A DNA stretch of 64,000 nucleotides, taken from contig JAVLKG010000010.1 in the NCBI GenBank assembly GCA_032128875.1, positions 1 through 64,000 of the forward strand, given 5' to 3'. How positions within the stretch are numbered: the first letter of the stretch is position 1; each line of letters opens with the position of its first letter. Origin of the DNA: Candidatus Melainabacteria bacterium 17Bon1m (lineage in GTDB: Bacteria; Cyanobacteriota; Vampirovibrionia; Obscuribacterales; Obscuribacteraceae). This document shows positions 18,718 through 28,105 of the stretch, one piece after another. The notes beneath the pieces are model-generated. The model was not told the origin of the DNA and made no database searches. It saw only the letters and a program-made list of their open reading frames with translations. A program made the position numbers and the translations under genes.

Positions 18718-21209
18718 TCTAATTGCCCCCACCAAGATGGAGTTTTCTCCTTGATCAACGACACGTTATACACATTAGTCGTGCTTCTCTTCTCAACGCC
18801 AGGCGCCACGGCAGGATACAAAACCAATTGCTTGATTCGGCACTCCATCGGTAATTCGCAAAGCTTCAATTCATAGCTGCAGAGATGTATATCGTTGTCT
18901 ACAGGCAAAGGAATACTGAAGATCTTGAAGCTACCGGAATCAAGGACGAGCATCACCTTTAGTGCACGTCCGTACATTTTCGGTGCGCCAACAGAAACCA
19001 ACAAATGGCTGAAGTCCCTGATGGGAATTGGGTTGCTCGGCGTATAAGACATCGCAGAGTAATTAGTACGCCCTTTCGGTGCGCCTGTTATGTCTGTGGG
19101 CAGGTTTATTTTGAATGGAGCGCTATGCCATTCCTTCGCAGTCAGAGGGGGCAGCTCCAGCTTTTGCTGCTGATCGAAGTCTTTGCCAAAGTTGACATTC
19201 AAATCAGTGTTTACTGGACGCCATAAGACTTTATCGCCATGCATTCGTGCAGAGAAAAGATTGTTTTCTTCCGACGTGCGCTTGTGCAACTTCACTTCAA
19301 TAGTGGGATATTCAAAAACCGCAATGTCGTCCGCATGGTCTTTTCCACCATTCGTGGTCAAGACCAAAGTCACCTTCTTGCCCTTAAAACGAGAAAGGTC
19401 AAGATCAACTGGCGTCCACTCGTCAGCCTTCTCAATATGCACCTCTTGCAAAAGCTCTTTGCGAGAAGCGATGCCCTCAGGGCTTTCGATTATGGCATAA
19501 ACTTTTCCTGTGACACCATCAGTGATGGCCGGCTTCACTCGTTTAGTTTGCGAGCCAATTTTCAGAGCCGTCTTGAAGCGCGCGCTTCGCAAATCTGCAG
19601 GAAATGGAATTGTCCAGCTTATAGCGTTGGGCGAATGAATATAAACGTTCGCATGTTCGTAATAGGACCAAGGCACAACGTGATCAGTGGTGTCATTCTC
19701 AATAAAACGCACGGGCGGGACAGATGGAGTATTGAAAACTTTGACGCGGGGCAGCACAAAATCTCCCTGCAGAGACCACGTTTGATCAGGCGCGAAAGCA
19801 GATAGCTGATATTTTTCCAGAGGTAACGCGATATTGGTGACATTGCGCGGTTGTCCATCACCCCATTGGAAGAGAAGACCTTCAATATAAGAGGGCGCGT
19901 CTCTAAAATTGCGCAAACCTGCCTCAGAAGCGGGGCTGCGAGTACTGAGATAAACGTGCTTATCTTTCCAGGTACGATTCGACGCAGCATACATAACTGG
20001 AATGATGAAAAGACCAATGACGCACAGAGTTTTTAAGACAATGCTCAAGCGCGGCTTTACATCAGTTTTTTCCATATCGCCTTTTGGCTCAACGCCCTGA
20101 AGCAATGAAACCAAAAGACCAACAACCCCGATCCAAAAGTAGATTGTAAATCCGCAGTACCACGGGCAAACGTAGGTTCTGACGCAGCTCAGCATTGCTG
20201 CCGACACCAACCCGTAGGTGCATAAAGCGAGAGATGCTTTCATGGACAAACCAAAATTCTTCAATCGCCAACTCACCGCTAGCCCAAAGAAGAACAGTGC
20301 CAGCCCTACACCACCAGCGAATTCAGACATGGGAAGGCGACCGATTTGAAGTCCTATTTGATTTGCAAACGGGCGTCCGACGACATTGATAAAGAACAAC
20401 GGATCAAACCAATGCTGACAATATTTAAGTGCGCTAGGCTGTGCCGAGTGAAATAAGAGGTATGGCGCAAACGAGGCAACAGAGCCAAAAACCCAGGCAA
20501 TGTAGATGTTGCGCTCTTTGACTCTATACCCGCACAGAATAGCAGCGACTAGAAGAGCAGCCCAGCAAGCAGGCACGTTGCCCATCGAAGCAGCGGAAGA
20601 AAGTCCGCCTGCCAGCATCAAAGAAATACCACGCCAATCTTTGAAGCGAATCAGCCCCCACAATGCGACTGTGAAGCCCAAAGTGGCCAAACTTACCGGG
20701 AAGCACGCCTGACCAAAGAAATGAATGGAAGCCTGAGTCATCGAAAAAACAAGCGCCAACACGGCGCCCAAGACAAGCAATCGCCATTCTTTTTTATATC
20801 CATGCGCCAAAAGGTCGCAAATCAGCAAAGACCGAATTACATTGAGGCCCACGCCGATAAGCAACTCAGCGCGTGCATTCCAATCGAAGAGATAAGCAGA
20901 AAGGAGGTGGAAAGCCATCGGCACGGCGACAAAGTGCTGGCCGACCTTTAGGGCGGAAAGGAAGTTGGACCCATCGAGTTTTCCACTGAATGCGAAATTG
21001 ATCGCCGGGACGACGTCCAAGTAGTCGTTGGAAATATTGTTGCCGCCGACGGTAAGGATAATTTGGCAAACACGCGCCACAGCGAAAATCCCACACACTA
21101 AGGCAATTACGCCAAGCAAAAGCACAAAATTCCGTCCAAATGAACGTCGCGGTATACCGGAGTCGTTTGAAGTGTCAGCTTTTGAGCGCTGGTGGGACGT
21201 TGCTTGCAT
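18714..21209 (-). CDS. multi-pass membrane protein (GT-C-like) with extracytoplasmic beta-sandwich domains
   Basis: About 11-12 TM helices; conserved-looking D in the first loop (SNDYLD); C-terminal DGV...W.PVDLDLSRFKGKKVTL.L.T carbohydrate-binding-like motif; start uncertain (21209 or 21305). Confidence 0.65.
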   Translation of the reverse strand: MQATSHQRSKADTSNDSGIPRRSFGRNFVLLLGVIALVCGIFAVARVCQIILTVGGNNISNDYLDVVPAINFAFSGKLDGSNFLSALKVGQHFVAVPMAFHLLSAYLFDWNARAELLIGVGLNVIRSLLICDLLAHGYKKEWRLLVLGAVLALVFSMTQASIHFFGQACFPVSLATLGFTVALWGLIRFKDWRGISLMLAGGLSSAASMGNVPACWAALLVAAILCGYRVKERNIYIAWVFGSVASFAPYLLFHSAQPSALKYCQHWFDPLFFINVVGRPFANQIGLQIGRLPMSEFAGGVGLALFFFGLAVSWRLKNFGLSMKASLALCTYGLVSAAMLSCVRTYVCPWYCGFTIYFWIGVVGLLVSLLQGVEPKGDMEKTDVKPRLSIVLKTLCVIGLFIIPVMYAASNRTWKDKHVYLSTRSPASEAGLRNFRDAPSYIEGLLFQWGDGQPRNVTNIALPLEKYQLSAFAPDQTWSLQGDFVLPRVKVFNTPSVPPVRFIENDTTDHVVPWSYYEHANVYIHSPNAISWTIPFPADLRSARFKTALKIGSQTKRVKPAITDGVTGKVYAIIESPEGIASRKELLQEVHIEKADEWTPVDLDLSRFKGKKVTLVLTTNGGKDHADDIAVFEYPTIEVKLHKRTSEENNLFSARMHGDKVLWRPVNTDLNVNFGKDFDQQQKLELPPLTAKEWHSAPFKINLPTDITGAPKGRTNYSAMSYTPSNPIPIRDFSHLLVSVGAPKMYGRALKVMLVLDSGSFKIFSIPLPVDNDIHLCSYELKLCELPMECRIKQLVLYPAVAPGVEKRSTTNVYNVSLIKEKTPSWWGQLE

Positions 21210-21506
21210 GTGCTTTCTTTCAGTGTCCGAAACCAAGTGGACTTTACATCGACTCAAGCCCGGATTGCATGAGCCAGGCTTGATATCCACGATTTTGAAG
21301 AGCATAACCCAGACGGGTGACGCCTCGAAATCCCAGCCCTATATAATTTTGGAAGCGACTTAAAAGTCGCTAATGTCGCCGGGCAACCGTTACTTACCAA
21401 ACCGCGGGGTTGGAAAGGAATTTAGCGATTGCAGGAAGCGAGGGGACCAAGAAAAACCTTTTTTAGCGTTTGGGTTTATTTTTTGGGATTTAGAAGGTAC
21501 AGGAAA

Positions 21507-23420
21507 ATGTCTCATACAGGTAATAAGCAAAATAGAATGCAGATGCTCCGACTCGCTCGAAGCGCCAGTGGCAATACCCTGGCACTGATCGCGGGAGTGG
21601 GTTTCATTCTGATCGTCATTCTTTTGTTTGCTTTGGGCTACACGAGATTAGTTGGCAGCAGCCAGGAGCAGAGAACAGCAATTGAAGCTGCTTCTCTTGC
21701 CGCCGCCAAAGAGCTCGGGCGCATCGTCATCAACGATCCGAGTTTTGGCTATATCTCACTGTCAGATGCGGCTCCAGTTGGAAAAGCGACCGCCGCAGGA
21801 GACAACTACTTCATGCCTGTATATGGCGTAAACACTCTTATGGGAACGATTCGTCTCGATCTCATTATTGCTGATGCGCTCGGCAATACCGCAATGAAAA
21901 ACCTAGCCAAGCGCGATCTGGCTAACTTGAAAAACGCTAACAACACTTTGATAAGCGAGCTCAAAGCCTCGTTGAACGGCTCCGGAAGTGCGAAAGATAT
22001 TGATGGGCAAGTGGTGAATCCTTACGCCGCCGCCGAATCAGCCTACAAGCAAAACCAGGTGAGACTGACTGGTGGTTCTTCTTACGTCGCTGGATCTATG
22101 AAACTCACGCTGGGTTGCATTGACGGAACGATGCAGACCAATATTCCTGTTCCCAAACCAAGCGACTACTCGCACGTGAGTGGCAGCCAGTCTCAAAATA
22201 ACTGCTACATGTCCGGCGTCAACATTCCGTACGGTGGCGAAGATTTCGTTTTCGCAGCCGTCAGCGACAGCTTAAAACTCGTTGATCCGCGCAAATTTCA
22301 AGAGACATCTAGCAGTGTACCCTTCCAAATGCTCTCTGTTGTAAAAGCAGAAGCAGATCAGAAGATGGTTGACCCTGAGCGCAATACGACAAGCGTCATT
22401 CACGCTCTGAGTTGCGCAGCTCCAGCCAGCGTTTATGACCCCAAGCCGGCGCCTGGAACTTTGTCGTTCAGCTTTCCGGACGGCATGCCGCCTGAGATTA
22501 CGAACGTCAACTCGATGCTCATTCTTCCTGGAATGAACGGCATTCCTGTAACTCTGCAAAAATCTACGAACGGCGACTATCCTGAACCCGGCTCCAACTT
22601 AGTGCCTATGACCTACAGCGGTGGTGGTTCGGCCGATGGAGGAACCATCGTATCCGGTAGCATATATGACTGGATGAAGAAAGTCGGAGCGCGGCTCGAT
22701 GCATCGCAAATGGTCGCTCTATTTACCGAACCACTCAACAACAGCGGCGTCCCTAGCTTGCACATCTTCTCGGTGAAGGCGAACGGATCACTCCAGTACG
22801 ACAGCACTGTTTCGCTAGAACAAAATCCTTACTGGGTCGCCAGTGAAGAGCAATTGTATGGTGTCGCTCAAGATGCTCTCAAGAGTTCCGATACCTATGA
22901 GTATGACGTTCACATCCGAGATTACACCTATCAACCTGGCACCATCAATGGTGGCAAGCACGGTGGTGAACCTCTCGCAAACTCAGCAGTGGTCGTTCCT
23001 ATCGTGAGCAAGAAGTCCACTGAAGTTGGCAGCCATAGATTGGAAATAGCATCTGCTGGAACCAGCGGCACAATGGACGGTGGCGACTGCGGTGGCTACG
23101 GCGACGGAGCAACAAGTTGGAACTGGCTCGGTGGACCACCGCCAGGACCGCCCACCACCATGACTGTAGGAGGTGTCTCATACAAAGTGTGGCCAAATGC
23201 TCCGACCTCTCTGCTTGGCAGAAACGACTTCGGATTATTAGACCCGGCCAAAACGCTCGTCCAATTCCCTAACGGACCAGCAGGCGGACTAATGAGATCG
23301 ACTTATCTCCAAAACGGAGCTGCAGTTGATATCCGATTTAGACAAGTTGTAGACCTTACTCCGGTTGGAATTCCGAAGAAGTTCTACGTGACAAAGAAAG
23401 GGGATCTGACCGATCCATAA
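21507..23420 (+). CDS. TadG/Tad-like pseudopilin-domain protein (paralogue 1)
   Basis: Basic leader, SG|NTLALI hydrophobic helix, EQRTAIEAASLAAA resembling the Tad motif LQxAADAAALAGA; ATG 21507 after AGGA. Confidence 0.75.
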   Translation: MSHTGNKQNRMQMLRLARSASGNTLALIAGVGFILIVILLFALGYTRLVGSSQEQRTAIEAASLAAAKELGRIVINDPSFGYISLSDAAPVGKATAAGDNYFMPVYGVNTLMGTIRLDLIIADALGNTAMKNLAKRDLANLKNANNTLISELKASLNGSGSAKDIDGQVVNPYAAAESAYKQNQVRLTGGSSYVAGSMKLTLGCIDGTMQTNIPVPKPSDYSHVSGSQSQNNCYMSGVNIPYGGEDFVFAAVSDSLKLVDPRKFQETSSSVPFQMLSVVKAEADQKMVDPERNTTSVIHALSCAAPASVYDPKPAPGTLSFSFPDGMPPEITNVNSMLILPGMNGIPVTLQKSTNGDYPEPGSNLVPMTYSGGGSADGGTIVSGSIYDWMKKVGARLDASQMVALFTEPLNNSGVPSLHIFSVKANGSLQYDSTVSLEQNPYWVASEEQLYGVAQDALKSSDTYEYDVHIRDYTYQPGTINGGKHGGEPLANSAVVVPIVSKKSTEVGSHRLEIASAGTSGTMDGGDCGGYGDGATSWNWLGGPPPGPPTTMTVGGVSYKVWPNAPTSLLGRNDFGLLDPAKTLVQFPNGPAGGLMRSTYLQNGAAVDIRFRQVVDLTPVGIPKKFYVTKKGDLTDP

Positions 23421-23446
23421 AGTTTGACTACCGACAGTCAACAAGG

Positions 23447-23485
23447 CAGGGCGCACTAATCCACAGTGCGCCCTGTTCTTAATTT
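23447..23485 (+). terminator. intrinsic terminator-like hairpin
   Basis: 11-bp stem cagggcgcact/agtgcgccctg, 7-nt loop, followed by ttcttaattt; 26 nt after the stop codon. Confidence 0.7.
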
Positions 23486-23661
23486 AGGGCGGTCACCCGC
23501 AGGGGCGATTACATCCAATGTACGGGTAATTACAATATGACTGCCTAGAAAAGGCCTTTCACTTCACTTACCACAAAGTTACTCAGCAGATTAGCTTAAA
23601 ACACTCTGCAATAGAGTCCATAGAGTTCTGGCATTCTCGAATTACCGTCCGGAAACGAGCA

Positions 23662-25578
23662 ATGAAATCACCATCTAACATCGCGCATCTATCGCGCAAT
23701 TCCTCAGGAAATACGCTGGCACTCATCGCCGCGATTTCAGCAGGCATCTTGATTCTTATCCTGCTGTTTGCCCTGAGCTACACTCGTCTTGTTGGAAGCA
23801 ACCAGGAGCAACGTACCGCTGTGGAAGCGGCGGCGCTGGCTGCGGCCAAAGAAGTCTCACGCATCGTCATCAACGACCAGAATTTCGGCTACGTTTCCTT
23901 ATCAGACGCAGCACCGATCGGCAAAGCAACAGCTGCCGGCGACAACTATTTCATGCCGGTGAACGGCATCAATACAATGATGGGCACAATCAGACTCGAC
24001 TTGATCATTGCCGACTCGCTCGGAAATTTACCAATGAAAGCGCTGGCTAAGCGCGATTTAGCAAACCTCAAGCTGGCTAAAGAAAAGCTGGTTACAGAAA
24101 TCCGCCAATCCTTAACTGGAGCCGGAAACTCCAAAGACATTGACGGCAATCCGGTAAATCCATACACAGCTGCAGAGGCCGCGTACAACCAAAACCTCGT
24201 CAGAATGTCCGGCAACGCTAGCTACGTGCCCAACTCGATGAAGTTGACCTTGGGCTCGATAAGCGCGCCCATGCAAACCAACGTTCCTGTTCCAAAGCCA
24301 ACATCCTATGCCAACGTAGATGACGAGCAGGCGATGAACGGCTTCTACATGTCTGGCGTCAATGTCCCGTACGATGGCGAAGACTTTGTGTTCGGAGCTA
24401 TCGGTGACAGTCTAAAACTCGTAGACCCCAGGAAATTTGCAGAAACACAAAGCGGTGTCCCTTATCAAATGCCGAGTGTGGTTAAAGCAGAAGCTGACCA
24501 AAGAATTCAGGACCAGGCTGACAAATCATACAAGACAGTTCACGCGCAGACATGCGCAGCGACTGCCAGCGTGTACGATCCAAAACCTGCACCAGGAACT
24601 CTCACTCTCAGCTTTCCGGACCAAATGCCGCCTGAAATAACAAGCATCAACTCGATTCTGAGCCTGCCAAACATGAACGGACCGGGTCCAATCGACATCA
24701 AGAAATCAACAAATGGGGACTACCCAGAGCCGGGCTCATCGCTCGTTCCTAACACGTGGACCGGTGGTGGAACGGCCAACGGCAACACTGTCGCGTCTGG
24801 TGCCTATTATGACTGGCTCAGAAGAAGCGGCGCAAGAATGAATGCGGACCAAGCCGTAAAACTACTCACAGAGCCACTTACAAACTCTGGATTGCCATCC
24901 ATACATATCTTTTCTGTAAAACCGGATGGAACAATTCAATATAATTATGATCCCAGTCTTGATACTGCACCGTATTGGGTGGCAAGTGAAAATCAAATGT
25001 ATGGCGTCGCCATGGATGCACTGGGAAGCTCTAACGGCAACGGTTATGACGTACATATCAGAGACTACGGCTATCAACCAGGCACCATTAATGGTGGCAA
25101 GCATGGCGGCGAGCCATTGAAGAATGCCCAGGTCACCGTTCCGATTGCAATGCTCAAGCCAGGACAGACAATTGCTACAGTAGGCAGCAGAAGGCTTGAA
25201 ATAGCTTCTTCCGGCACCTCTGGCACCATGTTTGGTGGCGATTGTGGTGGTAGCGGAGATGGTGCCACATGGAATTGGATCGGCAGTCCGCCTCCAGGAC
25301 CACCGACAAAAGTCACCATAGGTGGTGTTCAATACAAGATCTGGCCGAACGCGACGGGGGGACCTCCAGGGCTCGTCAGAAACGATTTCGGACTACCTGG
25401 CGGATTGCCACTTGTGCAATTCCTTCTAGGACCTGCAGGAGGGTTAGACAGACCCACATATTTGCAGAACGGTGCGTCGGTAGACATTCGATTCCGTCAT
25501 GCAATTCCGTTTGTTGATCCAATAGACGGAAGTAACAAGAAGGGCTACAAGACGAAGAAAAACGATCCCGACGACTAA
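23662..25578 (+). CDS. TadG/Tad-like pseudopilin-domain protein (paralogue 2)
   Basis: Collinear with and highly similar to 21507..23420, sharing long identical blocks such as GKATAAGDNYFMPV, YDPKPAPGTL and QPGTINGGKHGGEPL. Confidence 0.75.
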   Translation: MKSPSNIAHLSRNSSGNTLALIAAISAGILILILLFALSYTRLVGSNQEQRTAVEAAALAAAKEVSRIVINDQNFGYVSLSDAAPIGKATAAGDNYFMPVNGINTMMGTIRLDLIIADSLGNLPMKALAKRDLANLKLAKEKLVTEIRQSLTGAGNSKDIDGNPVNPYTAAEAAYNQNLVRMSGNASYVPNSMKLTLGSISAPMQTNVPVPKPTSYANVDDEQAMNGFYMSGVNVPYDGEDFVFGAIGDSLKLVDPRKFAETQSGVPYQMPSVVKAEADQRIQDQADKSYKTVHAQTCAATASVYDPKPAPGTLTLSFPDQMPPEITSINSILSLPNMNGPGPIDIKKSTNGDYPEPGSSLVPNTWTGGGTANGNTVASGAYYDWLRRSGARMNADQAVKLLTEPLTNSGLPSIHIFSVKPDGTIQYNYDPSLDTAPYWVASENQMYGVAMDALGSSNGNGYDVHIRDYGYQPGTINGGKHGGEPLKNAQVTVPIAMLKPGQTIATVGSRRLEIASSGTSGTMFGGDCGGSGDGATWNWIGSPPPGPPTKVTIGGVQYKIWPNATGGPPGLVRNDFGLPGGLPLVQFLLGPAGGLDRPTYLQNGASVDIRFRHAIPFVDPIDGSNKKGYKTKKNDPDD

Positions 25579-25589
25579 GATTGTGGAAT

Positions 25590-25768
25590 CGTGGGGGCGC
25601 GTTGCACGCGCCCATTTGGCTTGGGTCTGTGTTTAGCGTGGGGGCATTTTGCACACACCCGCCCTTTTGGCCGGGCGGCAGCTTGCCGCCCGTCTTCTGT
25701 AGGGTCGACGCCATGCGTCGACCGGTCTGATCGCCTCCTTCCAGGCGGCATCGGTATTTATGCCGCCT
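25590..25768 (+). repeat. cluster of REP-like palindromes between convergent genes
   Basis: cgtgggggcgcgttgcacgcgccc, gggcggcagcttgccgccc, gtagggtcgacgccatgcgtcgacc, aggcggcat...atgccgcct. Confidence 0.85.
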
Positions 25769-26808
25769 CACTTAGCATCAACTTGAGATTTTTCTCCAGC
25801 CTTCGCAGCGTGCTCTTTTATTTTTTGCTTCTGCTTCTCAATCAGCTCGCGAATTTTGCGCTCATCCTCCGCTCGTTGTCTTCTCAACTCTGGCGCAAGC
25901 CGCTCGTACTCTAGCTCTGCATCTTCAACTTTCGAATTCACTTTGGATGCGGCATGATCAGCCATAGTGATTTTGTCGTAGAAAGCGGAGATCACGTTCG
26001 CCTTGTCGAGCGTATCCTCGCGATACTTCCGTGCCATTTCTTGATTGACGTCGTTCAAAGCGCTTTTGAGCGTTGTTTCAAAATCAGGTCCGTGTGCTGT
26101 AAGTTCTTTTCCTACAATACTGTCCGCAGCATCCTGAGCCACTTTACTCGCCTGTTTGTAGATGTCTATACAAATCGCGGCGTGCCCTTTTTCATGCGCC
26201 ATAACGTCCTCAGAGGCCTTTTCTGGAAGCCACATCGTAATATCTAGCTTCAGAGTCAAATTGACCTTTTTGATTTTGATAACAACATTTTCTCCATCGG
26301 CAGCTCTTTCTCTCTTTATGAGATCCCAGGAGACCTGAGGGATGAAACCGTAATGCCAATGAGTATTTGCACAATCGTTGTGATCAGGCGTATTAGCTTC
26401 CGGTGGACGAGCACCTTTGTCAAAGTACTCGGTCTTAATTTCCGGTGGAATCTGAGTGATCTTCACAGGACCTTGCGAGCAACCTGTAAGAACAGCAGGT
26501 AAAACCAAGAGAATAAACAACGAAAGAAGTTTTTGCAGAAGATTCTGCGAGCGCTTCTGGGAGTGTTTGTGTAGGTGATTCTGTAGGGGCGGCATTAATG
26601 CCGCCCGATGCCGGCGAGCCGCCGGCGCTCCCAGCGACGACTGCAGAGACTGACGAACGACTGTCGCCGAGGAGACTACCGAAGCGAGTAGAGGCAACGC
26701 GCGGAGGGCAGCGCGCAGCAATGCCAGGACCGCATACAAAAAGCGTGTGTGCAACACGCCCCTACGCTCTTTCCAAAAAATGGGCGTAGCTAGAGTTCTT
26801 ACTCTCAT
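25768..26808 (-). CDS. putative zinc-peptidase lipoprotein (DUF922-like)
   Basis: HEKGH (HExxH) preceded by ITMWLP; lipobox VLTGC at about residue 110, so the true start may be downstream of 26808. Confidence 0.7.
   Translation of the reverse strand: MRVRTLATPIFWKERRGVLHTRFLYAVLALLRAALRALPLLASVVSSATVVRQSLQSSLGAPAARRHRAALMPPLQNHLHKHSQKRSQNLLQKLLSLFILLVLPAVLTGCSQGPVKITQIPPEIKTEYFDKGARPPEANTPDHNDCANTHWHYGFIPQVSWDLIKRERAADGENVVIKIKKVNLTLKLDITMWLPEKASEDVMAHEKGHAAICIDIYKQASKVAQDAADSIVGKELTAHGPDFETTLKSALNDVNQEMARKYREDTLDKANVISAFYDKITMADHAASKVNSKVEDAELEYERLAPELRRQRAEDERKIRELIEKQKQKIKEHAAKAGEKSQVDAK
26583..26633. repeat. heterologous REP doublet (inverted copy of 16235-16283)
   Basis: gtaggggcggcattaatgccgccc-gat-gccggcgagccgccggcgctccca; another REP lies at 26743-26766. 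Confidence 0.85.
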
Positions 26809-26818
26809 CTTTGAGGCT

Positions 26819-27628
26819 TTAATCTGTCGGGCTGATCTTTTGGTTGAGTGCTTCTTTAAGCAGCTCGTTCTGCTTCAGAAGGGCACGCAAGTGCTCGTTG
26901 GCAATTGCCAGCTCGGCTTGCAGCTCGGCAACCGTCTGCTCGTGCGTGACACCGGTAACCGGGTCGCGTCCGGGCATCTTCGGCAAAAGCACATAACCCA
27001 ATTGCACGGCTTTCAGCGCGGCTGCAGTGCGCGTAGGCACCTTAAGCTTTGCGAGAATACACTCGATGTGTTTTTCAACCGTGCGGAGTTTCATATCTAG
27101 TTCTTCTGCAATTTCTTTATTACGAAGATCTAGTCGAATAAGAACTTCAATTTCACGGTCGGTCAAATTGCAGTTGGGCATGCTCGTCGAAGGAGCCTGT
27201 TTTACCAACTGAGTAATCTTCGGGTCGCAGTATGGCAACGCGCGAGTAACTTGTTCTATAGCTTCAAATAGAGTTCTTGGACCAGAACTCTTCAGGCAAA
27301 AACCACGGGCGCCCGCTCTCATAAGCTGGTTGTGATATTTGGTCGCGTGATAAGAGTCTGTCAGAACCAGAACATTGGAGTTTGGAAGCTCCTGGCTGAC
27401 GCGCCGGCAGACTTCAACACCATTAAGTACATCAAGATCAACGTCGAGAATTACAAAGTCAGGACGCTGCCTGCGGATCATTTCCGTGGCAGTCATGCCG
27501 TCAGCGGCCTCGCCGATGATATCGACCACTTCCGAAACCACACGCTTCAAGCCGAAGCGAATTAATTCATGTCTTTCGCACAAGATAGTGCGGGGACGGA
27601 AGGGATTGGAGCGGAATGTAGAGTCCAA
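26819..27628 (-). CDS. NarL/LuxR-family response regulator with C-terminal coiled coil
   Basis: REC (VILDVDL, LT, LK) plus LuxR HTH (LTDREIEVL...NKEIAEEL...TVEKH...KLKV); GGAG RBS before a TTG start. Confidence 0.92.
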   Translation of the reverse strand: MDSTFRSNPFRPRTILCERHELIRFGLKRVVSEVVDIIGEAADGMTATEMIRRQRPDFVILDVDLDVLNGVEVCRRVSQELPNSNVLVLTDSYHATKYHNQLMRAGARGFCLKSSGPRTLFEAIEQVTRALPYCDPKITQLVKQAPSTSMPNCNLTDREIEVLIRLDLRNKEIAEELDMKLRTVEKHIECILAKLKVPTRTAAALKAVQLGYVLLPKMPGRDPVTGVTHEQTVAELQAELAIANEHLRALLKQNELLKEALNQKISPTD

Positions 27629-28105
27629 GAATGTCTCCGGAATTAATGCACAACGCCTGGACGGTATATGCGAGGGACATAGGATCCGATTTGATACTCA
27701 GTTTGGCTAAAGGCGTTAGTTATCAGCCGCTTGAGTCTTCCTCGCCTTAATTCTAACAATGCCACAAATTTTCGGAGTAAAACGGTTTTTGATCGCCGCG
27801 GGAGCTTTTGCTTGCAGTTTTTTCTGAACGGTAATTCACATAAATTCCTCTTTACAACAGTTCTTTATTCGTTTTCTTCTCACGATATCTAAATTACAGT
27901 GACGGCATGGCGGCTTCAAAACCGGAACTGGCGGCGTTTTTCGCTTTTTGGACATGGCGTGATGGGAAATATACGAATGGCGTGGGATTCCCCCCAATAG
28001 ACTGACCACCCCCAACATCGTTAAGCTGTGCTCACATTCGCCCCTCGACAACCCCGGGTCGAACTGACAAACCAGCTTCTACGACAAATTCACCTCGATT
28101 CTCAA

